From: an uncultured Candidatus Binatia bacterium
GTDB lineage: Bacteria > Desulfobacterota > Binatia > UBA9968 > JAJDTQ01
Direction: 5' to 3'
DNA length: 64,000 bases
Assembly (NCBI GenBank): GCA_965213675.1
Contig: OZ243916.1
Coordinates: forward strand, 2,336,001-2,400,000
The notes below the pieces were generated by a model, which was not told the origin of the DNA, searched no databases, and worked only from the letters and a program-made list of their open reading frames with translations. The position numbers were made by a program, and so were the translations under genes. Shown piece by piece: positions 1-8,266 of this stretch; positions within the stretch are counted from its first letter, which is position 1, and each line of letters begins with the position of its first letter.

Positions 1-147
1 AGACGCTCGGCCAAGGACCAACGGACAGCCGAGGAAATAGCAGATTGTTTCACCATCGTGATTCCAAAGTCCGAGGTCCTCTCCGTCAGGCTCTTCGACA
101 TGAGAATGTACGGTCTATTCGAGAAGGCCAGGGAATCAACTAGCTAG
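1..147 (+). CDS. 3' end of a hypothetical protein (truncated by window edge)
   Basis: Open frame from base 1: RRSAKDQRTAEEIADCFTIVIPKSEVLSVRLFDMRMYGLFEKAREST S-stop (TAG 145-147); no family recognised. Confidence 0.45.
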   Translation, partial: RRSAKDQRTAEEIADCFTIVIPKSEVLSVRLFDMRMYGLFEKARESTS

Positions 148-315
148 ACTTCATTCCCCGCGCGACCTCTCCCACCGAGCGCGGTCCTTCCTTGACCAGT
201 TTGACCGTTTCGAGCTTGAACTCCTTCGAAAACTTCCGTCTCCTTCGACTCATGGTCGTCACCTCCGAGCCCATCATCGCCCTTATCAGATGTCCACCAA
301 TCCCGGGGAAGGGCA
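140..315 (-). mobile_element. IS3-family left-end remnant (IRL plus truncated orfA)
   Basis: Minus strand begins TGCCCTTCCCCGGGATTGGTGGACA (IS3-type IRL); GGAGG RBS, then ATG at 253 encoding MSRRRRKFSKEFKLETVKLVKEGPRSVGEVARG, typical of the HTH_Tnp_1 OrfA start, truncated at 37 aa. Confidence 0.8.
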
Positions 316-325
316 CCGGTGCGGC

Positions 326-715
326 ATGGACGGATGGATTGCGCGGCACGGGTTCTGGCCGCTGGCACTGCTCTGGCTGCCGGCCGGGGTCGTTGCGCAG
401 GCGGTGGTCCGGTTCGCATCGTTCTCGGACGCATTCGCGGATCCCGGGGTGCTGTTGACAGCCCTGGGCTCGCTCGCCGTCACCGTCCCCTGCGGTCTGC
501 CATTGGCGCTTGGCTGCCGGTGCCTCCGGCGTCTCGGCTACCGGCGCGGGGCCTGGGCTGCGGGCATCGCGCTGGGCGTGCCGACCGTGTGGATCACGGT
601 CATTGCCGGGCTTCTCGGCCCCATCGCGATTGCGGTCTGCGCGGTGGTGCTCAGCCTGCCGGTCTAGATCGCATGGGGGTGACTCGCGCGCGCCGGGAGG
701 AAACCCAGCGGCTGA
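326..715 (+). pseudogene. Small integral membrane protein, probably nonsense-mutated near the C-terminus
   Basis: Hydrophobic ORF 326-667 with about 4 TM segments; the frame continues LPV*IAWG*LARAGRKPSG*, consistent with TGG->TAG and TGG->TGA changes. Confidence 0.45.
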
Positions 716-907
716 GCGCGGTGCCGACGGGCCGGCTGCGGAACACGGTGGCTGTATCAGGGCGCGATGGCTGCCGGACGGCGCCTGGCCGGCTACGCAG
801 TAGGGCCGGCAGCCGAAATCCGGCGGCCGACGAGACGCCTCCGGCGCGACGGCGCCGGGCCGCCGGCTCGGAGGCCGGGGCAGGCTACCTGCAGCGGGGC
901 GCGCCCG

Positions 908-1942
908 TCAGGACTGCGCATTCAGCTCCGCTTCGAGGACACCGAGGTCTTCGATCAGCGCCTCGAAGGCGGTCGCATCAGGCCGGACCATGCCGGCGCG
1001 GCGCATGGCGTCGTAGTCGGTCCGGAGGCCGGCGAGCCCGTCCTCGCCGGGAACGAGCCGGAACCCGCCGTCGAGGCAGTGGGCGTAGTTGGCATAGCCT
1101 GCGTTGAAGAAGACCGTCTTGTGGCGGACCACGTCCCGGAGCAATGCGCGGTCGGCAAGCGCCGTGCGGCCGGCCTCGTGCCGGGCGAGGCAGGCGAGAT
1201 CGAACCAGTGGCGCGACAGGCGCTCCGGCCCGGAGGCCAGCCGGCCCCGGTGGCATTCGACATGGATGAGCGTCGCCTTTTCCCAGAATGTGCGCGCCGG
1301 CGAGAGCACCGTCACGGTTGCGGCGGGCCAGTCGAGACCGTCGGTCAGGGCGGCAAGGTCGGGCACGATCTCGTGTCGTTCGTTCGGATCGATGACATTG
1401 CGCCCGCCGAACTCCAGCAGTACTTCGCTCGCCAGATAGCCGACGGGGTTCTCGACCGCCGACGGGTAGGCGACATGGACACGCTCGCCGTCCCCGTCGA
1501 TACGGACGGCATGGCGCCCGGACGCCGGCAGCTGGCCAGCGGCGGCCTCCAGCGCGGGACCGACGACCGTGCGGGTGTAATCGGCCACGCGGGCGCGGAG
1601 CCGGTCGCCGAACCGGCGGACTGCCGACCGGCTGATACCGGGGGCGAAAGGATCGAAGCCCTCGGCAAGAGCCCGGTAGTCGAGGCTGATGTCCACATCC
1701 TCGGAGAACCGGTCGACGATCCCGAACACCCTGGACAGCGAGGTGCCGCCCTTGAAGGCCATGGGGAGGGCGTCGGGCAGATCGAACAACACACGCAGCG
1801 CCCAGCAGATCCGGACATCCTTCTCCAGGATGACCGCCGGGCGGCCCGAGCGCGCGGCGGCGGTCTCCAGGATATCGCGCTGCTCTGCTGCCGGCAACGA
1901 CAGGAAAGGCTCAGCCAAGGGCCGGGTCCCCGTCGGCGGCAT
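908..1942 (-). CDS. AbiEii/AbiGii-family nucleotidyltransferase toxin (type IV TA)
   Basis: LEKD, FKGGTSLSR, RFSEDVD, RTFWEKAT and SRHWFD motifs. Confidence 0.9.
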   Translation of the reverse strand: MPPTGTRPLAEPFLSLPAAEQRDILETAAARSGRPAVILEKDVRICWALRVLFDLPDALPMAFKGGTSLSRVFGIVDRFSEDVDISLDYRALAEGFDPFAPGISRSAVRRFGDRLRARVADYTRTVVGPALEAAAGQLPASGRHAVRIDGDGERVHVAYPSAVENPVGYLASEVLLEFGGRNVIDPNERHEIVPDLAALTDGLDWPAATVTVLSPARTFWEKATLIHVECHRGRLASGPERLSRHWFDLACLARHEAGRTALADRALLRDVVRHKTVFFNAGYANYAHCLDGGFRLVPGEDGLAGLRTDYDAMRRAGMVRPDATAFEALIEDLGVLEAELNAQS

Positions 1943-2516
1943 CGAGGGCTGCCGCCATCCAGGCCGGCAGGTCGGCCGTGCGGAGTTTCCCGAACGCGTC
2001 CGGCCCGATCACATCGGCAATCCGGGCGACCGCCTCCGGGGTCACGTTGTCCCTGCCGAGATACCAGAGCGCGGCAAGCGCCAGGCCGGCCGGCTCGCCG
2101 GCGAACTCGAGCCGGCGGCGGTTCGAGGTGTGGATCATCCGGACCGGCGTGCCGGCAATACGGATGGTGCGGCTCGATGCGCTGGTGTGGAACACGGGGA
2201 GGATCGGTGCCTGGGTGCTGAGGCCGAGCCGCCGTGCGGCTTCGGCGCCGTGGACCTGGACGGTCTCGCCATTGTCGCGGGCGATGGCCGCGACCGTTTC
2301 GGCGATGCCGGGCAGGACCGCGCCGACATACCGGTTCCGTCGGGGCCGGACGAAGACGCCGCGGGCGAGGCGCTCGATGGCGCCCTCGCGGACGATGCGC
2401 GAGAGCGCCCGGTCGATAGCGCCGCGCGAGCCCAGTGCGGCGAAGCGCGCGGTCGTGAACGGCCGGCCCCTCGGCAGGCTGCGGAGTTCGGTCCGGATGG
2501 CTTCGGCGGTAGACAT
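1911..2516 (-). CDS. AbiEi-like antitoxin (DUF6088 family, N-terminal wHTH)
   Basis: GSRGAIDRALSR..G.IERLARGVF and GAEAARRLGLSTQ motifs; overlaps the abiEii start; AGGGAAGGG RBS upstream of ATG 2516. Confidence 0.85.
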   Translation of the reverse strand: MSTAEAIRTELRSLPRGRPFTTARFAALGSRGAIDRALSRIVREGAIERLARGVFVRPRRNRYVGAVLPGIAETVAAIARDNGETVQVHGAEAARRLGLSTQAPILPVFHTSASSRTIRIAGTPVRMIHTSNRRRLEFAGEPAGLALAALWYLGRDNVTPEAVARIADVIGPDAFGKLRTADLPAWMAAALDAADGDPALG

Positions 2517-2530
2517 GGCGGTCCCTTCCC

Positions 2531-2566
2531 TGTCCGAAAACATAGGTGTTTTTCCATCACCGGACA
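2531..2566. promoter_or_regulatory. Possible AbiEi autoregulatory operator (imperfect inverted repeat)
   Basis: TGTCCGAAAA...TTTTTCC...CGGACA directly upstream of the antitoxin; AbiE operons are known to be autoregulated via inverted repeats. Confidence 0.35.
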
Positions 2567-2604
2567 AGTACACCGACAAGCGGACCGTGCCGGGCCGGCT
2601 GCGC

Positions 2605-2811
2605 TGAGGTGGTCCTGTGTCCTTGGACAGGATGGGGGCGGAGTCAAGCTGTATTCCGGATGATCGATCATGCCGCCAGGGTCCTGTTTAACACGTCCTG
2701 CTGTTCCGGTTGAGCCGGCAGAGAGGCAGGGGAACTGCAGCGCTGTGCCGGGCTCTGCGTCAGCATTCCCTTTTCGTAGGCCTCGACCGGCGTAGAGCCC
2801 GCCAAGGCGGC
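2605..2811 (-). mobile_element. IS3-family right-end remnant (OrfB C-terminal tail plus IRR)
   Basis: Minus frame ALAGSTPVEAYEKG...QQDVLNRTLAA* (stop 2668-2670) resembles the IS3 OrfB end (RPHSALGG.TP.EAY); followed by ...CCTGTCCAAGGACACAGGACCACCTCA. Confidence 0.75.
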
Positions 2812-2942
2812 CATCGGGCCGGGGATGGCGGTTTACACCCGCTACGCCAGGGTGGCCGATGCGGGGATGGGGGCAACGAACGCCAACCGCCCCAACGACT
2901 CTGCGGGGTCGTGTGCGACGCCGGCGCGGCGGGTGCCGTTTC

Positions 2943-4163
2943 TCAGGTCCACAGACATGAAAGGGGCACCGCCGCCAACCTCTCGCCGAACGGCACGACG
3001 TCGGCACTGTCATACAGGACGATGCCACAGGCGAAGCGCTCGCGGCACGCTTTCGCCAAGGTCCGCAGCCCCGCGAAATCTCTCGGCCGGACCGTTGCCG
3101 ACGCCTTGACCTCAATCCCCGCGATCATGCCGTCATCGCGCTCCAGGACGATGTCCACCTCGTGCATCTGTTCGTCGCGAAAATGGTAAGGCGTCAACTC
3201 CATGTCCGTCGCGGTAATGAGCTTCAAGACTTCGGAGAATACGAAACTCTTCAGGACTGGCCCGAACTCGCCACGGTCGACCTTGACCCGACGGAAATTC
3301 AGTCCTCGTGCCGCGCCCAGCAACCCGGCGTCGAGGAAATGCAGCTTCGGCGTCCTGACGATGCGCTTCAGCGCATTCGTGTACCAAGGCTGCACCGTGG
3401 CGACGAGAAATATCTGTTCCAGCATCGCGACGTAGCGCTGCCCTGTCTTGTAGTTGACATCGATGCCGGAACCCAGCCGCGAGTAATTCACCAATTGGTC
3501 CGCGTGCTCAGCCAGGAGTCGGAGGAATTTGGGCAACTCGGTCCACTTTTCGATCTCTCCAATGTCCCGCAAGTCGCGGGTCAGAACCGAGTTCAGGTAG
3601 GCTCGCGCCCAATTCTGACGCCGCTGCTCGGTAGCGCGACCGATGGCCTCCGGGTAGCCGCCAAGCAACGCCAACCGCATCATGTCGTCTCCGATGACCG
3701 GCTCAGACGCCCTCTGTAGCCGCCCGTCGAAAAGGCGTTTCAGAAAGGCCGGCGTCTTGCCTTCCACTTCGGCTCGGGCCAGCGGCAGCATGCGGATGGT
3801 CTCGATCCGGCCTGCCAAACTGTCCGCCACCTTGGGCAAGGTCATCACGTTGGCCGAACCAGTCAACAGGAACCGCCCCGGGCGATAATCCTCGTCCACC
3901 GCTCTTTTGATGGCCAGCAGGAGATCCGGTGCGCGCTGGACTTCATCAATGATGGCGCGATCCAGACCACGGATGAAACCGGACGGGTCCGACCTTGCCA
4001 CATCCAGAGCCGTTTGATCGTCAAGGGTGACGTAGTTCCGACCCTTGTGGGCCATTCCACGCACCAGTGTCGTCTTGCCTGCCCGGCGCGGACCCACGAT
4101 CAGGACCACCGGAGTGTCTGCCAGAGCCTCCTCTGCCCGTCGCTCTACGAATCGCTTGTACAT
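2943..4163 (-). CDS. AAA+ ATPase with DUF4143 C-terminal domain (AAA_14 family)
   Basis: Walker A GPRRAGKT, Walker B IIDEVQ, FLLTGSA, SLAGR and C-terminal EVD...IEVK nuclease-like motif; visibly lower GC than the flanking core genes. Confidence 0.9.
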   Translation of the reverse strand: MYKRFVERRAEEALADTPVVLIVGPRRAGKTTLVRGMAHKGRNYVTLDDQTALDVARSDPSGFIRGLDRAIIDEVQRAPDLLLAIKRAVDEDYRPGRFLLTGSANVMTLPKVADSLAGRIETIRMLPLARAEVEGKTPAFLKRLFDGRLQRASEPVIGDDMMRLALLGGYPEAIGRATEQRRQNWARAYLNSVLTRDLRDIGEIEKWTELPKFLRLLAEHADQLVNYSRLGSGIDVNYKTGQRYVAMLEQIFLVATVQPWYTNALKRIVRTPKLHFLDAGLLGAARGLNFRRVKVDRGEFGPVLKSFVFSEVLKLITATDMELTPYHFRDEQMHEVDIVLERDDGMIAGIEVKASATVRPRDFAGLRTLAKACRERFACGIVLYDSADVVPFGERLAAVPLSCLWT

Positions 4164-4542
4164 GTCGCTCCCACTGGATGTCATCCAGAGAATAGACCAT
4201 GACAAACAGGAGTCAAGGACATGTCAATTAGTATTGAAATAAACGACAATTAGAAAATTGTGGCATGTCGATCAGCATCGATGACTCTGTAAATTAGTGG
4301 GGGCGGCTCCTGGAACCAATCGATTCCGACAGGAAACGCTACCCGTTCACCTCGGCCGTTCCGCGCGCGCCAGCAGCTCCGCCGAGTCGTAGTTGACGCT
4401 GGTCACATTGAAGTCGGGTTCCTGGCGGAAGGGTCGGCGGAGGTAGCGGACTCGGGTGACGACCCTCGCCCGCACCGCCCGTTTCGTGTATCGTGGCTTT
4501 CGGTTCGATGGACCTGTGGGAAGAACCATCAGGAGGAGTTCC

Positions 4543-5712
4543 ATGAACAATCTTCGCGGCAAGTATGCCATCGTGGGGGTGGGGCACAGCAAGCTCGGCA
4601 AGGTGCCGGAGATGGGCCCCATCGGGATGTTCGCGCTGGCGGCGCGGAACGCCATTGCGGACGCGGGGCTCGCAAAGGCGGACGTCGACGGGTTGGTCAC
4701 CAGGGGGCCGGACGACGTCTACTGCCACCACCAGCGGGTGGGGGCGGCGCTGGGCCTGAACGTGACCTACAGCACCTCCACCGACAACGGCGGCGCGAGC
4801 CAGGTGCTGGGCGTGGCCATGGCCTGCATGGCCATCGACGCGGGGCTGTGCAACACGGTGGTGGTGGGGTTCGGACGGGATACGTGGTCGCGCACGCACC
4901 GCACCGAAACCGCGCGCAAGCGGGTCAGCATCGGCATTCAGAACCAGGGGGAGTTCGGGCCGGAGTTCGGCTGGTTCGGCGCCCCGTCCAATTACGCGGT
5001 GTCCGCCCGGCGCCACATGAAGCTCTACGGCACCACCAAGGAGCAGCTGGGGCACATCGCGGTGGCGTTCCGCGACCACGCGAGCCGGAACCCCAACGCC
5101 TTCTTCCAGAAACCCTTGACCATCGAGGAGTACCTGAGCGCCCGGATGATCGTGGATCCGCTGTGCCTCTACGACTGCAGCATCTACATCGACGGCGCCG
5201 CGGCGGTGGTGGTGACCTCGGCGGAACGCGCCCGGGACCTGAAAAGGCCGCCAGCCCATGTCATGGGGTTCGGTTTCGGCAACCGGCTCAGCGGCTGGTT
5301 CGAGGACAGCAACATGCTCACCACCGGGGCCAAGGAGGCGGGCGAAGCGGCCTACCGCATGGCCGGCATCGGCCCCGGCGACGTGGACACCGCGCAGCTC
5401 TATGACTGCTTCACGCAGATGGTGCTGCTCCAGCTCGAGGACTACGGCTTCTGCAAGAAGGGCGAAGGCGGACCCTTCGCGGGCTCGGGCGCCTTGTTGC
5501 TCGACGGCGCCATGCCCACCAACACGTCGGGCGGGCAGCTTTCTGAAGGGCATACCGAAGGCATGCTGCAGATTGTCGAGGGTGTCCGGCAAATCCGGCA
5601 CGAGCACACCCCGGACCGTCAAGTGAAGGACGCCGAGGTGGCTCTCGTGAGCGGCCACGGCGGCAACACCGCCTGCCAGTCCGCGATGATTCTCGCAAGG
5701 GCAGCATCATGA
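4543..5712 (+). CDS. Thiolase-superfamily protein (SCP-x/Ltp2-like, lacking the catalytic Cys)
   Basis: AIVGVG, NPNA, DGAAAVVV, QLYDCFT and NTSGGQLSEGH motifs; GGAGG RBS. Confidence 0.85.
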   Translation: MNNLRGKYAIVGVGHSKLGKVPEMGPIGMFALAARNAIADAGLAKADVDGLVTRGPDDVYCHHQRVGAALGLNVTYSTSTDNGGASQVLGVAMACMAIDAGLCNTVVVGFGRDTWSRTHRTETARKRVSIGIQNQGEFGPEFGWFGAPSNYAVSARRHMKLYGTTKEQLGHIAVAFRDHASRNPNAFFQKPLTIEEYLSARMIVDPLCLYDCSIYIDGAAAVVVTSAERARDLKRPPAHVMGFGFGNRLSGWFEDSNMLTTGAKEAGEAAYRMAGIGPGDVDTAQLYDCFTQMVLLQLEDYGFCKKGEGGPFAGSGALLLDGAMPTNTSGGQLSEGHTEGMLQIVEGVRQIRHEHTPDRQVKDAEVALVSGHGGNTACQSAMILARAAS

Positions 5713-6155
5713 GCGAGTACGCCAAGCCCCTGCCCTATCCCACGGTGGAGTCCGAGCCCTTCTGGGAGGGCTGCAAGCGCCACGAGCTGCTGTTGCCGCA
5801 ATGCCGTCAGTGCAGCGGATACTGGTTCCCGCCGGGTGCCACCTGCCCGCATTGCTGGAGCACGGAGTGGGACTGGAAGAAGGCCTCGGGCCGCGGCCGG
5901 ATACACTCGTTCGGCATCTACAACCGGGTGTACCACCCGGGCTTCGAGGGCGAGATTCCCTACGTGTTCGCGGTCATTCAACTGGATGAAGGGCCGCGGA
6001 TGGTGAGCAACGTGGTGAACGAGTCGCCGGACAAGCTCGAGTGCGACCAGCCGGTGGAGGTGGTGTTCGAGGATGTCACCGAGGAGGTGACGCTCTACAA
6101 GTTCGCGCCCGCTGGTGACGCCGGGACGCCGGAAACTACCCCGACGCCTCGGTGA
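5709..6155 (+). CDS. DUF35 Zn-ribbon/OB-fold acyl-CoA-binding protein
   Basis: PFWEG, CxxC...CPxC, SGRGRI and QLDEGPRM motifs; ATGA overlap with the thiolase. Confidence 0.9.
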   Translation: MSEYAKPLPYPTVESEPFWEGCKRHELLLPQCRQCSGYWFPPGATCPHCWSTEWDWKKASGRGRIHSFGIYNRVYHPGFEGEIPYVFAVIQLDEGPRMVSNVVNESPDKLECDQPVEVVFEDVTEEVTLYKFAPAGDAGTPETTPTPR

Positions 6156-6810
6156 GGGTACGGATAAGGTTTTCGGCCTGTGGGTTCTTGACCTTTCTCC
6201 GGATCAGGATATCCGTCGGCGTAGCCTTGCTGTCGCCGTAGTAGGTCCGATTGTCCTCATTGTTGACGATCACGCCCCCGCCCTCGAGGGTGAGGCCCCC
6301 GTACAACCCCTTGACACGGGCGAACGAGAAGATGTCGAAGATCTCGGCCTTGGCGCCGATGCCCTCCGGGCCCAGGCCGATGCTCGCGTCGGCGCCGAGG
6401 TGGATCTTGTCGCCCAGGAACCTTCTCAAGCCCGTATCCGTCATGATCATGAGAATGACCTGCCCGCCGGCGACGCCGAACTGGAGGCCGAAGGACCCCG
6501 CAAGGACATCGTAGAAAGCCGGATTGCTCCAGTTCCCGTCCCGGTCCTGCGCCAGGAGCACGCCGTTGCCCCCGTACGCGCCCAGGAAAAATCCTCCCCT
6601 TACCCACGTGGGCATGATCAGGAGCCCCTTGGCGTGACGCACGTTCTTGCGGAACCAGGTCATGCGGGAATCCTTCTGGAAGTCCCGGAACGCGAACTGG
6701 GCCTCGGTCACTCTTTGCTCAAGCTTCTCCCGGTCCACCGCGCCCGACGGGACGATGGACACCACGGTGAACAGGATCAGGACGGCGAGAGATACCAGGA
6801 ATCTTTGCAT
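6136..6810 (-). CDS. SYLF (Ysc84-like) lipid-binding domain protein, secreted
   Basis: Signal peptide; GAYGGNGVL, WSNPAF, GSFGLQFG, KGLYGGLTLEG and N..YYG motifs. Confidence 0.85.
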   Translation of the reverse strand: MQRFLVSLAVLILFTVVSIVPSGAVDREKLEQRVTEAQFAFRDFQKDSRMTWFRKNVRHAKGLLIMPTWVRGGFFLGAYGGNGVLLAQDRDGNWSNPAFYDVLAGSFGLQFGVAGGQVILMIMTDTGLRRFLGDKIHLGADASIGLGPEGIGAKAEIFDIFSFARVKGLYGGLTLEGGGVIVNNEDNRTYYGDSKATPTDILIRRKVKNPQAENLIRTLTEASG

Positions 6811-6937
6811 CGAGCACCTCGCTTCCCTTGGTGAACGGCAGGCCATGAACGGTGTGCGTGACCGCATGATCCAAAAGATAACATGCTGGACGGCGATGGA
6901 AAACGAAGATGGTGGCGTAGAGGGGGGACGCGCCGCC

Positions 6938-7981
6938 TCAGAACTCCATGCCGATGCCGGCCGCCCGGGCCTTGTCGTGGGCCAGCCGCGCCAGGGCCAT
7001 GTATCCCACGCCCTGATCGCTGTTCTGCTTGAAGAGGGTTATGTCGCGGTCGCTCCGGCGTCCCTGGACCTTCCCGGTCACCAGCGCGCTCAGATCCTTG
7101 ACATCGTCCCAGGCGATGACGCCGTTCTGGACGGGCCCCAGCAGGTCCCCCTGCTCGTCCTGGATCCCCTGCTGCACCAAGGTCGCCACGATCACGTCGG
7201 CCCGGGCCAGCACCTCGTCGTCCAGCTCCCGCCGCGGATGGCTGACCAGCCCTTCCATGAGCAACTCCTTGTTGCTGCCCACAATGGAGGTCACATGCAC
7301 CCCCTCCTCCAGCCAGCGTCCGAACACCACGGGCATGTTGCTGCCGGTGGCGCACACGATGATGTCGACGTTCCGGGCGGCGTCCTCGGCCCGCTCCACC
7401 GGCTTCAACTCCGCGTCCACGCAGGCCTGCATGGTCTCGCAGAAACTGCGGCGGTTGCCGGCGCTGCGGCTGTAGACCCGGACCTCGGTGATGGGCCGGA
7501 TGGCGCACATGGCCTCCAGGTGGCGCCGCGCCTGACGGCCGGTGCCGAGGATGCCCAGAATCCGGGCATCCTCACGCGCCAGCCAGCGGGTGCCGGCGGC
7601 GCTGGTAATGGCGGTCTCGGTGGCGAACTCGTCTCCCGGGGCCTCCCGCCGGTAGAAAGGCGGACAGCCGGCGATGATGGCCAGGAGCGCGCCAGTCTCG
7701 CTGTCGTAACAGACATAGACCCGGGTCCCCACTGCCGCGTAGCTCTGATCGTTGGCCGTGTAGTTGTGGCGCTCGTAGTGCACGAAGGTCCCGGCCACGC
7801 TCAGGGGCACACATCCGCCCGAGTGCACGCTGATGCGGCGGTCGTCGGCGAGCATGCGCTGGCGCGGCAGGCTGAAGAGGGGATGGTCCTCCTGGGAGGC
7901 GAATCCCCGCTCCACGGCGTCCACCGCCTCGGTGATGGATATGAGCCCCTTGAGTTCTTCTGCCTTGATGAACAGCGCCAT
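6938..7981 (-). CDS. Ornithine cyclodeaminase / mu-crystallin family oxidoreductase
   Basis: GILGTGRQARRHL Rossmann motif; DIIVCAT, G.HVTSI, RRELD and DITLFK motifs. Confidence 0.85.
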   Translation of the reverse strand: MALFIKAEELKGLISITEAVDAVERGFASQEDHPLFSLPRQRMLADDRRISVHSGGCVPLSVAGTFVHYERHNYTANDQSYAAVGTRVYVCYDSETGALLAIIAGCPPFYRREAPGDEFATETAITSAAGTRWLAREDARILGILGTGRQARRHLEAMCAIRPITEVRVYSRSAGNRRSFCETMQACVDAELKPVERAEDAARNVDIIVCATGSNMPVVFGRWLEEGVHVTSIVGSNKELLMEGLVSHPRRELDDEVLARADVIVATLVQQGIQDEQGDLLGPVQNGVIAWDDVKDLSALVTGKVQGRRSDRDITLFKQNSDQGVGYMALARLAHDKARAAGIGMEF

Positions 7982-8085
7982 GGACGTTGAGCCAGATCCG
8001 GCAAACTCCTGGCGAGGCTACGCCTCAGACCGATGAGTCCGAAAATATCCTGTCTTTTCAGTCATGATCGGAAGAATCCGGGATT

Positions 8086-8250
8086 CTAGTGTGGTGTCTG
8101 GTTAATTCGCGTCATAATCTGCGGGTCTTTTTCGCCGTCGGCTGCGTTGCTCTTCCTCGCGTGGTACACGCCACTGCTCGTCATCGCGCCTTGCCGACAA
8201 CAAAAAATCCTCCGCAGATTATGACCCGAATTAACCAGACACCACACTAG
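8086..8250. mobile_element. 165-bp MITE with 39-bp terminal inverted repeats ending in CTAG
   Basis: Left CTAGTGTGGTGTCTGGTTAATTCGCGTCATAATCTGCGG matches the reverse complement of the right end at 38/39; no coding capacity. Confidence 0.85.
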
Positions 8251-8266
8251 CGTGGCGTTTCACCCA

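Noticed and set aside
665-715. Stop-codon recoding (Sec/Pyl) in the small membrane gene
   Set aside because: Two different stops in a Trp-rich helix and no SECIS-like hairpin; TAG and TGA are used as normal stops throughout the window
4347-4470. Protein-like minus-strand stretch (YLRRPFRQEPDFNVTSVNYDSAELLARAERPR*) at the island boundary
   Set aside because: It may be a gene remnant, but it has no start or recognisable family, so it cannot be supported without a search
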